Of a stretch of DNA of 52,425 bases, positions 36,885 to 45,867 are shown piece after piece; within the stretch, counting starts at the first letter, position 1, and each line of letters starts with the position of its first letter. This DNA is from a virus (taxonomy: Duplodnaviria > Caudoviricetes). The translations under genes and the position numbers were made by a program. The stretch lies in IMG/VR virus record IMGVR_UViG_3300025000_000136, positions 1 to 52,425 of that record. One strand, given 5' to 3'. Under the pieces are notes generated by a model. That model was given only the letters and a program-made list of their open reading frames with translations, made no database searches and was not told the DNA's origin.

Positions 36885-37097
36885 TTATTTAATGCTTACC
36901 AGAACGCCATCCTTCAATTGGCCTTGGCCATACCATTTATGTGGCTCTGGATAATGTGGGCCTTCCAAATAGATAGTGCCATTGGCAGGTACTGACGGTC
37001 CGAATGGCCCTGGCTGGTAGCAAGTTATTTTCTCTCCGGCTGCCAGGGCAAGTTTAATTTCTTTCTTTGTCTTAAAGTTTTTGATTGTATAGGCCAT
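36885..37097 (-). CDS. Small phage hypothetical protein
   Basis: NFKTKK...YQPGPFG...LEGPHYPEPHKWY; AGGAG RBS. Confidence 0.7.
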   Translation of the reverse strand: MAYTIKNFKTKKEIKLALAAGEKITCYQPGPFGPSVPANGTIYLEGPHYPEPHKWYGQGQLKDGVLVSIK

Positions 37098-37109
37098 GCT
37101 GAGTTCTCC

Positions 37110-37337
37110 TTACTTTATGATTGTTTTGTCAGTTACTTGCCATCCAAATGAATTCCATCTGCCTGCTGTTGGGTCTGTAATCATAGTTGAGATTAAAGTT
37201 ACTTTCCGAGAATCCTTAGCTGCTAGGTTAATTGCATCTTCACTTGTGGCCGGATAACATGCATCATACCGCAGCATGTCAAGGGGGAAATCTTTGCTGC
37301 CTTGTACTGTAAACTTGCACCAGCTGTTCTTTGCCAT
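37110..37337 (-). CDS. Small phage hypothetical protein
   Basis: FTV.G...FPLDMLRYDACYP...PT.GRWNSFGW; AAGGAG RBS. Confidence 0.7.
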   Translation of the reverse strand: MAKNSWCKFTVQGSKDFPLDMLRYDACYPATSEDAINLAAKDSRKVTLISTMITDPTAGRWNSFGWQVTDKTIIK

Positions 37338-37390
37338 GTTAGCTCCTTTGACTGTTGGTTACAGGCAGGCACTTGCGATGCTCTGTTAGG

Positions 37391-37681
37391 TTAGGCAACT
37401 CTGAAAAAGGTCATAATCTGGCCATTAGTTCCAAATATGTGGCCCGTGGCTGTTTTGTTCTTGACTGTAATCCAGATGACTTCCTCAGGTGTCATAAGGC
37501 CAGCTTGTATGCGATTCCTAATAATGAAGAGATAATTCGGATCACAGGTGGCTATGACTTGAATGGATGTCCAAATCTTTGGCTTTTCTGCCTGTTGTTC
37601 AGGCATCCAAATAGTGCATTGATCCTTCAGGTATAGTAGTTCTTCCTGCTCTAGGGCATAGTAAAATTTGATGTCGTTCAT
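37391..37681 (-). CDS. Hypothetical protein
   Basis: Likely start MNDIKF at 37681 (ATGA overlap with the upstream stop). Confidence 0.55.
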   Translation of the reverse strand: MNDIKFYYALEQEELLYLKDQCTIWMPEQQAEKPKIWTSIQVIATCDPNYLFIIRNRIQAGLMTPEEVIWITVKNKTATGHIFGTNGQIMTFFRVA

Positions 37682-37941
37682 ATCTTGGCCTTGGCCTTCT
37701 TTATGGCTTGTCTCAAACTTTCTGCTATTGCCAGCTTTGGATTGTTCTTGCTGATTATGAGAGCTTCCAGCCTGAGCTTTAGGTTCTCTATTTTGGTCCA
37801 TGAAAAGTCATGGTTTCTTGCAATGTAGATTAGGCTAGCTTTACATGGATCACAGACATTTGATCGACCTTTAATTATGGTGATTGCCTGCCTGCAAATG
37901 CTGCAATGAGTTTGAACTTTTTCAATCTTGGTTGATTGCAT
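37678..37941 (-). CDS. Zn-finger hypothetical protein
   Basis: CSIC...CDPC. Confidence 0.55.
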   Translation of the reverse strand: MQSTKIEKVQTHCSICRQAITIIKGRSNVCDPCKASLIYIARNHDFSWTKIENLKLRLEALIISKNNPKLAIAESLRQAIKKAKAKI

Positions 37942-37983
37942 GGCTGCTCTTGGTTGTAATTCAGGTTAAGGGTTGTAATTCAG

Positions 37984-38148
37984 TTAGTAGTCCAAACTTG
38001 CCGATGCTAACCTATCACTGACAATGCTGACTGTTTGGCTAAGGCTGATCATTTCTCGTTCGTGTAAATCTTTGATTTGCCATACCAATTCATTGAACAA
38101 TTCATTCGCTTCGTTCCATCGAATATCTTTCCAGTCATTCTGCTGCAT
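37984..38148 (-). CDS. 54-aa hypothetical protein (MQQNDWKDIRW...)
   Basis: Read by eye; GGAGGT RBS; first ORF after the 38206-38234 promoter. Confidence 0.6.
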   Translation of the reverse strand: MQQNDWKDIRWNEANELFNELVWQIKDLHEREMISLSQTVSIVSDRLASASLDY

Positions 38149-38205
38149 GGTGACCTCCAGGTAATGGTTGTTGGATGGTGAGATAACATAGCTATATCAT
38201 GGTAG

Positions 38206-38234
38206 ATTGTACCGTATACGTGTGGCGGTGTCAA
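38206..38234 (-). promoter_or_regulatory. Strong sigma70-type promoter
   Basis: TTGACA-17 bp-TACAAT. Confidence 0.8.
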
Positions 38235-38235
38235 C

Positions 38236-38945
38236 CTGTTTTTTCGTAAACGGTGCTACCGGTTGGGCGTGGCTATGTTGTAGCTATTTTGTGGAACCTA
38301 TATAGTACGTGGGTGGCGGGTGGCGTAGCCATGCCGGAAAAGCGGTCAGGATGGCCGGCGGTTGCGTCCGGCGATGCCGGTGGCTATGTGGGTATGGCTG
38401 TGGGTGAACGTAGCGTGGTGGGTACGTGTCGGGCATGTAGTGGGATAGTATACGTGTTGGCGGGTATACGTATAAAATCTCCCCCCCCTTTGGCCCTCGT
38501 ATTTAAGTATTTAATAAAAAAATTATATACTAACATAGACCTCCCCCCTCCTCCATTCTGTTTTCTGTATACGTTTACACCTATACAGCTTCCTTGAAAG
38601 GGGGGGAGGTTAGAGTTTACGTTGCCCTTAGTACACGTATACAACCAGTCTAATAATTCCAACCACTTACCTAGTATCTTTTGATATTGTTTGTTAGGTG
38701 CACTACCTATGATAGCTGTTAGGCTACTACAGCGTAGTATATAATGTTCCTAGCAAAGACCGTGCCAGGGGCGCGAAATATCTGCATCTACGTAACCATT
38801 TCATTAAATACTTACATGATCTATGTAAGCAAACTCTTAACCTAACACGCATCGTAAGTGGCACCTAACACGATGTAGCAAACATAAGTATAAGCAAAAT
38901 TGATATATTGACAACCTCTTCAACAGGCATAACTTGCCCGAAATG
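38236..38945. other. Large non-coding region, candidate replication origin
   Basis: No credible ORF; clustered GTATAC/TACGT motifs, poly-C/poly-G tracts and an AT-rich core. Confidence 0.4.
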
Positions 38946-38946
38946 C

Positions 38947-38979
38947 AAAAAGGCTAGCAAGAATTAATCTCACTAGCCT
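38947..38979 (-). terminator. Rho-independent terminator
   Basis: - strand AGGCTAGTGAGA...TCTTGCTAGCCT followed by TTTT, downstream of the first early genes. Confidence 0.75.
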
Positions 38980-39020
38980 TGCAAGTTTTTGCTAAACAGC
39001 AAAGGTTGTTAGGCATTAAC

Positions 39021-39236
39021 TCACTTGATCAATTCAATTAGTATACCCGTTCCAATTGCTTTATTGTACCTTGCCGGAAAATCCCCGATAAACTTTAACA
39101 CTCCAGGCACGTTATTTAAATCTTTTCCCAAGATGCAACGAATTACTGCCATATCATCTTTCGAAGATGTACTTTTTATTGCTTTCCCGAACCATTGCCC
39201 ATATTCAAGGTCTTTTCGTAAACGATTAATCTTCAT
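39021..39236 (-). CDS. Early hypothetical protein
   Basis: 71 aa, AGGA RBS. Confidence 0.55.
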   Translation of the reverse strand: MKINRLRKDLEYGQWFGKAIKSTSSKDDMAVIRCILGKDLNNVPGVLKFIGDFPARYNKAIGTGILIELIK

Positions 39237-39299
39237 AATGATTCCTATTAAGTGCCGGACATAATCGCATGGACTATGCCCGGTATTGAATGGTTAAAG

Positions 39300-39758
39300 T
39301 TATTCAGGTTGTGCAAATTGTGCCGCTTGCATCTTTGCGATAAGTTCCGCAAGTTCCGTCGGGGACAATTTGGACATTGCATCAATCGCTTTTTGCTGGT
39401 CACTTTTGGCATTCTCAGGACGTTTAGAGATAGTCCATTCTCGCTTATCAACATTGGCTTGACCAGTTTCTGGGGACCATTCGCCCTTTACCGGAGCTTT
39501 GAAAATTGCCCGATCATCAATCAAGTCTGCACTAATGCCATTCTGTAACAGGTGCAACAATGCACCCCGTTCCCTGGCCCATGCCAAGAACATCTCTTCA
39601 TTGTCAAAGATTTCCGGCGTTGGGTAATTACTTCTCGGCAAAGTATGCTTGACCGATCCATAACTCTTGCGAATCACTTTCCCGTCTTTGTCCTTGATTT
39701 CCGGGACAGAAGTTTCTGTATTCAAAGTTTCCAGTGTGACATAAATTGATTGTGCCAT
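39300..39758 (-). CDS. Early hypothetical protein
   Basis: 152 aa, GGAGGT RBS; shared C-terminal motif. Confidence 0.75.
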   Translation of the reverse strand: MAQSIYVTLETLNTETSVPEIKDKDGKVIRKSYGSVKHTLPRSNYPTPEIFDNEEMFLAWARERGALLHLLQNGISADLIDDRAIFKAPVKGEWSPETGQANVDKREWTISKRPENAKSDQQKAIDAMSKLSPTELAELIAKMQAAQFAQPE

Positions 39759-39834
39759 GGTAATACCTCCGGTTTCTCTTTTGTGGACGATTCCACATTT
39801 TCAGGATACAAAACTATTTTGTTCCTGATGATTA

Positions 39835-39864
39835 CTTATATACTACTTATTTCGTGACTGTCAA
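39835..39864 (-). promoter_or_regulatory. Probable sigma70 promoter
   Basis: TTGACA followed after 16-18 bp by TATATA/TATAAG. Confidence 0.5.
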
Positions 39865-39867
39865 GTT

Positions 39868-40050
39868 TTATTTCTTCCCCTCTCGAATAGAAATAATTTC
39901 TTTGACTGTATTATTCTGCATAATCTTAACAGTCTGAAAAATTACAACCAATTCTTTCGTGCTAAGTTTATGCAAGTTTTCCATTACTCCGAAATAACCT
40001 TCGATCTGTTCAATTAATTTTTCTCTCTGTACCAATTCTTTCTCTTCCAT
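39868..40050 (-). CDS. Early hypothetical protein
   Basis: 60 aa; first ORF after tandem promoters. Confidence 0.55.
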   Translation of the reverse strand: MEEKELVQREKLIEQIEGYFGVMENLHKLSTKELVVIFQTVKIMQNNTVKEIISIREGKK

Positions 40051-40090
40051 GGCCTTTTACTTCCCTACTCTTGGCACCATTGCCAATTCC

Positions 40091-40199
40091 TGTTTATCAA
40101 ACTTCGCAAGGTTTGTCAAGAATTATTTTTCACCTTGTTTCATTCTCTACTTGTCTCACCTTTCACCAGTACAATACTTCCCCATTCTTGCTTTGTCAA
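40091..40199 (-). promoter_or_regulatory. Two tandem early sigma70-type promoters
   Basis: TTGACA-17-TATTGT (40171-40199) and TTGACA-17-TAAACA (40091-40119). Confidence 0.6.
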
Positions 40200-40536
40200 C
40201 AGTTTTTCTATTCCCCATTTCGCCTGGTGCTACTTTTCTATTTCTTGCCAATATTGTCAGGCCCATATCTATATGATGCTATCCCGTTTAGCCTGGATCA
40301 TCTTGTTTGCTGCATAACCTGCTCGCCTGGATTATCACGTAGCGAGTGGGAACAATCTTTTGCGTGCGTGACCTGCCTGGAGCTTGATGCCTCGGTTTCT
40401 CTGTAGTGAATTAGGGTTTCTATATAGAGTTACGAAAATAACACAATTTGAACTGCCTCCATTTAACTCCATCAACTAACTCACTTCAATTCAAGCAAAT
40501 TTGAACTGCCGTCAATTAGCACCACTCGCAAGTTTT

Positions 40537-40550
40537 GTTCACAAATGAAC
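40537..40550. promoter_or_regulatory. GTTCA-N4-TGAAC palindrome, copy 3
   Basis: GTTCACAAATGAAC in the divergent early/late intergenic region. Confidence 0.55.
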
Positions 40551-40713
40551 ACCAAGTAGGCTGGCGAAGTCAGTTAACATCATCCACCTCGGGAACAATT
40601 TTCAATTAGCAACCTTGCAACTTTGCAGCATAGAAACTGAACTAGCATCCTTATCAGTCAGGCGGCCTTCATATTATTGCCGGGCAACCAGAAGTGCCGG
40701 CATTTGGTGGAGA

Positions 40714-40743
40714 TAGACGCTGAAAAAGGTCATCTGCTATAAT
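40714..40743 (+). promoter_or_regulatory. Probable promoter for the packaging/late operon
   Basis: TAGACG-18 bp-TATAAT with extended -10 TGc. Confidence 0.55.
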
Positions 40744-40861
40744 TAAGGAATCATTCACTTTTTATTTGACCTTTCCCTAAGAATATGTTTCTATAAAGTA
40801 GGACACGTCCACCAGGTTCATACCATCCATCTTAACCGCTTCACCAGTCAGGACACCAGCT

Positions 40862-41566
40862 ATGCTCAAGGAGTTAAAAAGTCAGCATCGCAACATTATT
40901 CAAATGTCCTTTAATGGGTATTCGAATAACGAGATAGCTGAACGCCTTGGGATGGCTCATACGTCTGTATCTACAATTCTTCGTTCCCCTCTGGGGCAAG
41001 CCTACTTGAACGGCCTTCAAGACCGCGCACACGAAGCAACTCTTGATGTCCGCAAAAAGTTAGTCAGCCTCAATCGCGCTGCACTCGATACCTTCGAGCA
41101 CCTTCTCGACTCTAGGTCACGCAAAGTTGTGCCGGCCGCAGTTCAGTTCAATGCAGCAAAAGATGTGCTGGATCGCAATGGTTATAAGGCTCCAGATCGT
41201 CTGAGTGTTGACATGACTTTCCAGACCAAGACTGATGAAGAGCTAGATGCTGAAATTGCAGCAATCGAAGCCTCGATCGACAAAACTCACGGTAAAAATC
41301 TTCCAGAGATTAAGAAATCCTTAAAGTCTACTTTAACTGAATCAACTGCACAAACTCTCTCTTCCCCCAAACCTTTCACAGTTGTTCCAAGTTTTACGGA
41401 TTCCAAAATCGAGGATGACTTAACTCTGGAAGATTTATTCCCTGATGACAATGACCCGTCTTATCTGTTCAGCGAAACTGATTTTGAAGAACCCATCTTG
41501 GTGGAAGACCCAACTGTTCTGGAAGACCTATCTTTTGATCCATTCCACAATATCAAGAGGCCATAA
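40862..41566 (+). CDS. Terminase small subunit (putative)
   Basis: N-terminal HTH GYSNNEIAERLG, AAKDVLDRNG motif; TAATG overlap with the large terminase. Confidence 0.75.
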   Translation: MLKELKSQHRNIIQMSFNGYSNNEIAERLGMAHTSVSTILRSPLGQAYLNGLQDRAHEATLDVRKKLVSLNRAALDTFEHLLDSRSRKVVPAAVQFNAAKDVLDRNGYKAPDRLSVDMTFQTKTDEELDAEIAAIEASIDKTHGKNLPEIKKSLKSTLTESTAQTLSSPKPFTVVPSFTDSKIEDDLTLEDLFPDDNDPSYLFSETDFEEPILVEDPTVLEDLSFDPFHNIKRP

Positions 41567-43035
41567 TGGTTGATCTGGCAACTCTTGATCGAGATCAAAA
41601 AGAGCAATACTTAAAACTTCTTCAGGCAAAGAATGTTCGGCTGCGCCAAAATAAGATAGCCCAATATTATCCCGAAGACGGTTTATTAAGTCGGCACGCT
41701 TACCCTAAGCACATGGCATTTTTTGCAGCCGGAAGTCAGTATTCTGAACGCTGCATTATGGCTGCAAACCGCGTGGGTAAGTCTGAAGGCATTGGAGCAT
41801 ATGAGACTACTCTGCATGCTACTGGTCGTTATCCAAGTTGGTGGGTTGGCAAGAGATTCACAAAGCCAATTACTGCCTGGGCTTGTGGAACGACCAGTAC
41901 GACTGCCAGAGACATAGTTCAGTTTAAACTCATTGGAAATCCCGAGGACTTCGGTACTGGCCTGATTCCAGAAAAATACATAATCAAAACTACTCCTAAA
42001 GCCGGCGGAGTTCCAAACGCAGTAGATACTATCCTTGTTAAGCACATCTCTGGTGGCATATCCAGAATTAAGATCAAATCTTATGCTGAAGGCCGGAAGT
42101 CATTCGAAGGTACTGAGCAAGATTTGATTTGGCTGGACGAAGAATGTCCGATGCCGATCTATACTGAATGTATCACCAGGACCATGACTACGAACGGTCT
42201 AATCATGCTGACCTTCACGCCACTAGAGGGACTAACTGATACTGTTCTTCAGTTCATGCCAAATGGAAAGATAGAAGATGTTCAAGACGGCAGCAAGTAT
42301 CTAATCCAGGCGACTTGGGATGATGCACCACATCTAACCACTGAACAGAAGGAAAAACTCTGGGCAGCCTTACCACCTCATCAACGTGATGCCAGGTCGA
42401 AAGGCGTTCCCCAGTTAGGGGCTGGAGCAATTTATCCAATCCTAGAATCGAACATAACTGTCGAAGACTTTCCCATTCCAGATCATTGGCTCCGCTGCTA
42501 TGCGTTGGATGTAGGATGGAAAAAGACTGCCTGTCTTTGGGCAGCAACTGATCCGACCAGTCAGATAACTTATTTGTATTCCGAATATTATCAGGGCCAG
42601 CAAGAACCAATCATCCATGCTGATGGAATCAAGGCCAGGGGAGTATGGATTCCCGGTGTGATTGATTCAGCTGCACATGGCCGTTCGCAAGAAGATGGCA
42701 AGCAGCTTTATGAGATTTACACTACGCTGGGGCTTGACATTGAAAATGCCAACAAATCAATCGAAGCTGGCTTATATCTTGTTTGGCAAATGCTTAGTAC
42801 CAACAGACTAAAGGTGTTTGGTTCGCTGGTTAATTGGTTTTCAGAGTTTAGGATTTACAGGCGGGATGAGAACGGGCAGATTGTTAAGGACCGGGACCAT
42901 CTCATGGACTGCATGAGATATTTGGTTATGTCTGGATTAAAGCGAGCAATCGCCAAGCCGTACTGGGAATTTGCAGCGTGGGAAGAATCTGAGCTGTACA
43001 GTCAGCAAGAAACAAACCTTGTTACAGGATACTAA
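41566..43035 (+). CDS. Terminase large subunit (P22-like)
   Basis: Walker A MAANRVGKS, Walker B WLDEE, LTFTPL, nuclease ALDVGW and DHLMDCMRY. Confidence 0.95.
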   Translation: MVDLATLDRDQKEQYLKLLQAKNVRLRQNKIAQYYPEDGLLSRHAYPKHMAFFAAGSQYSERCIMAANRVGKSEGIGAYETTLHATGRYPSWWVGKRFTKPITAWACGTTSTTARDIVQFKLIGNPEDFGTGLIPEKYIIKTTPKAGGVPNAVDTILVKHISGGISRIKIKSYAEGRKSFEGTEQDLIWLDEECPMPIYTECITRTMTTNGLIMLTFTPLEGLTDTVLQFMPNGKIEDVQDGSKYLIQATWDDAPHLTTEQKEKLWAALPPHQRDARSKGVPQLGAGAIYPILESNITVEDFPIPDHWLRCYALDVGWKKTACLWAATDPTSQITYLYSEYYQGQQEPIIHADGIKARGVWIPGVIDSAAHGRSQEDGKQLYEIYTTLGLDIENANKSIEAGLYLVWQMLSTNRLKVFGSLVNWFSEFRIYRRDENGQIVKDRDHLMDCMRYLVMSGLKRAIAKPYWEFAAWEESELYSQQETNLVTGY

Positions 43036-43079
43036 AGATACCGACGAAGTCGGCTACACGTAGTTTTAATTCTAGCATA

Positions 43080-43322
43080 TTGATTATAAAAATGAGAGCA
43101 AAATTAAAGATTGATTCAATTGTTAGACATGCTACATGTGAAGAGATTCTTTTTTCTGCTGTATGTGCAGCTAAGTTTCCTTCAGATGGCACTGATGAGA
43201 ATAATTCATTTGCAAAGTGGACTCCCTCAGCAAGTCTTAAAATGATGATTACAAATCCAGATCTCATTGGAACTTTTAATCCTGGGCAGGAATTCTATCT
43301 TGATTTTACTTCTTGTAAATAA
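43080..43322 (+). CDS. Small conserved-type phage protein between terminase and portal
   Basis: MRAK...ENNSFAKWTPSA.L...ITNP...GQEFYLDFT; start may be the ATG at 43092. Confidence 0.65.
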   Translation: MIIKMRAKLKIDSIVRHATCEEILFSAVCAAKFPSDGTDENNSFAKWTPSASLKMMITNPDLIGTFNPGQEFYLDFTSCK

Positions 43323-43334
43323 GAGATATTAAGC

Positions 43335-45545
43335 ATGGCAACTAATTACGAATTTCCTGTAGAGGAACTTGTTAATCCTGGCAATCCAGCGACGCCGATG
43401 GCGAATGCAATAGTTGCTACCCAAGCAGCGCAGCTGCCTGCACGTACGGGCGCTACTCTTCCTGATGATGAAATCACTTCTCTAAGTGGCGAAGTTCCAT
43501 TCTGGGCAACTGAAGAGCCGGTCGAAGACATCATTGCTCCCATATCATCTGATCCAGTTGTAACTGCCCTGGTTGAAAAGGAAGCTCTGCGTGCAGAAGC
43601 AGTTGTACTGATCACAAATCTGGCAGATAAGCAGCCTAAGGAAGTTCTTGCAGATCTGACGACTAAAGTACTTGAAGGTTACAAGATCGATCTGGCTAGC
43701 CGTTCTGAGTGGGAAAAGCTCAATGAGCAAATCATAGACTTGGCAAAGTTGCTAGTAAAGAAGAAAGTCTATGCAGGCGAAGTTGTTGCGAATGTTAAGT
43801 ATCCGCTAATCATTAATGCCTGTATCCAGTTTGCTGCTCGCGCATATCCTGAGCTTATCAAAGGTAACGAAGTTGTCAAGGGCAAGGTAGTAGGGACTGA
43901 TCCAGACAATCTTAAGTTCGACAAGGCTCAGCGAATTTCTCGATTCATGTCTTTTCAGCTTCTGTCAATGATGGAAGATTGGGAAGAGGGAGTTGATCAG
44001 CTGCTCTTTACCTTGCCTGCAATTGGTTGCGTGTTCAAAAAGTCTTACTTTGATTCGATTGAAAGGAAGTCAGTATCGCAGATAGTCTTTGCAGATGATT
44101 TGGTTGTAAATTATTTTGCTGAATCACTAGAGCGGGCTCCACGAGTTACTCACAAGATCTATTTGTACCATAACGAAATTGTTGAGAGGATCAACTCTGG
44201 AGTGTTCATCAAGTTTGATGTTGCAGAACTTGGACAGGCTACCAGCGATAAGACTGCCGATGTAGATGATGACACGCCACATTTGTTTCTAGAACAACAT
44301 CGTTGGTATGATCTGGATGGTGATGGGTATCAAGAACCGTATGTAGTTACCATTCATGAACAATCACAGAAACTCGTTCGCATCTCACCTCGATTTGCCA
44401 CAGATGGCATTATTCGCAAGTCTGATGAAGCTGGCGTAGTTGATCCGAACGGACCGATTGTTAAGATCATTCCTGAACAGTACTTTACGCGATTCTTGTT
44501 CATGCCAGCCATTGATGGAGGCTTCTATGGCATGGGCTTTGGCTCTCTTCTGATGAGCAGCAACTCCGCCATAAACACAGTTATTAATCAGTTGCTTGAT
44601 GCAGGGACATTATCAAATCGTCAATCTGGCTTCCTAGGAAGAGGTCTTAAGCTCGGACGGGGCAAATCAATTCAAGTTAAGTCTGGAGAATGGAAGCCGG
44701 TCGATGCTACTGGAGATGATCTGCGCAAGAACATCTTTCCCATGCCAGTGCGTGAGCCAAGTAATGTTTTGTTCCAATTGCTTGGCTTGCTGATCGAAAG
44801 TGGTAAAGAACTCGCCGGGATGACAGAGATTCTTGCTGGCAACTCTCCTGGTGCGAATGTTCCGGCTGAGTCAGTTCTTGCCTTAATTGAACAAGGATTG
44901 CAAGTCTATAGTGCTATTCACAAGCGGCTGTACCGTAGCCAGTATAAAGAGTTCATAAAGTTACGGAGGCTGAATGCTCTTTATTTAGACCAGATGACGT
45001 ATGGTGCTGTACTGGATGATCAGGCAGCAATTGTTCAGGCTGACTTTTCTAGTGCAGACTTTGATGTGGTGCCAGTTGCTGATCCGAACAGCACCACAAT
45101 GATGCAAAGGTTGCTCAAGGCTAAGGCCATGCTAGAGTTGAGGGGCCAAGGATTAAATGATCAAGAGATCTTACGAAGTTATTTACTGGCGTTAGACATT
45201 GAAGATGTTGAAAGATTCATGCCGAGTGAAGATCAATCTGATCCGGAAGAAGAACTGACGGTTCAGAAGCTCCAGGCGGAGATAGCAGAACTGAATGCGA
45301 AGATTGAAAAGTTAGGTGCAGAAACTCAGAAGATATTGGCAGAAGTGCCAAAGGTTCAGATCGAGCAAGAAGAAACAATTGCAGGTATGCAGAATGATGC
45401 GGTTAAGCTGGCTCTTCAGGATAAGCAAATCTCTGGGCAACTTGAACTTGGACGAAGTCAGCAATCGCTAGGTAAGGCGCCTGGTGGACTGAAAGAATCT
45501 ACGATGAAGCGCGAATATGGAATGAGGAGTAATAATCAAGAGTAA
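43335..45545 (+). CDS. Portal protein
   Basis: 736 aa directly after the terminase; YPLI..A..QF.AR, DLDGDGYQEPY.VT, FYG.GFG, NQLLDAGTL.N, C-terminal coiled coil. Confidence 0.9.
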   Translation: MATNYEFPVEELVNPGNPATPMANAIVATQAAQLPARTGATLPDDEITSLSGEVPFWATEEPVEDIIAPISSDPVVTALVEKEALRAEAVVLITNLADKQPKEVLADLTTKVLEGYKIDLASRSEWEKLNEQIIDLAKLLVKKKVYAGEVVANVKYPLIINACIQFAARAYPELIKGNEVVKGKVVGTDPDNLKFDKAQRISRFMSFQLLSMMEDWEEGVDQLLFTLPAIGCVFKKSYFDSIERKSVSQIVFADDLVVNYFAESLERAPRVTHKIYLYHNEIVERINSGVFIKFDVAELGQATSDKTADVDDDTPHLFLEQHRWYDLDGDGYQEPYVVTIHEQSQKLVRISPRFATDGIIRKSDEAGVVDPNGPIVKIIPEQYFTRFLFMPAIDGGFYGMGFGSLLMSSNSAINTVINQLLDAGTLSNRQSGFLGRGLKLGRGKSIQVKSGEWKPVDATGDDLRKNIFPMPVREPSNVLFQLLGLLIESGKELAGMTEILAGNSPGANVPAESVLALIEQGLQVYSAIHKRLYRSQYKEFIKLRRLNALYLDQMTYGAVLDDQAAIVQADFSSADFDVVPVADPNSTTMMQRLLKAKAMLELRGQGLNDQEILRSYLLALDIEDVERFMPSEDQSDPEEELTVQKLQAEIAELNAKIEKLGAETQKILAEVPKVQIEQEETIAGMQNDAVKLALQDKQISGQLELGRSQQSLGKAPGGLKESTMKREYGMRSNNQE

Positions 45546-45562
45546 TAATCAAGGAGATTAAA

Positions 45563-45856
45563 ATGGACTTCGGAGATGCTATAAGAGCTGCCAAGCAGGG
45601 CAAAAAGATTGCAAGATCTAAATGGAATGGAAAGAATATGTTTGTAGTATATATGGAACCTATGCAGCTTCCTCCATTTAATACACAAGGAACTGCTCGT
45701 AAGGTCAATGATCGGACTGCAAAATTCATTGGCGAGGATAAGCCACTTAATTGTCAGCCTTACTTTGCAATGTATAATGCTCAGGAAGAATGGATTCCTG
45801 GTTGGGTAGCTTCTCAATCTGATATGCTTGATGAAGATTGGTTTATTGTTGATTAA
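45563..45856 (+). CDS. DUF2829 / Tad2-like anti-defence nucleotide sponge
   Basis: MDFGDAI...K.G.K..R..WNGKNMFV...W.ASQSDML.EDW matches the DUF2829/Tad2 pattern. Confidence 0.85.
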   Translation: MDFGDAIRAAKQGKKIARSKWNGKNMFVVYMEPMQLPPFNTQGTARKVNDRTAKFIGEDKPLNCQPYFAMYNAQEEWIPGWVASQSDMLDEDWFIVD

Positions 45857-45867
45857 GGAGTACTAAT

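Noticed and set aside
38253-38662. ORFs 38253..38597 (+) and 38384..38662 (-)
   Set aside because: Non-ATG or unsupported starts, low-complexity translation from poly-C/G tracts; region looks non-coding.
40049-40406. + strand ORFs of 60-111 aa
   Set aside because: They overlap - strand promoter elements and have Phe/Leu/Ser-rich composition typical of spurious frames.
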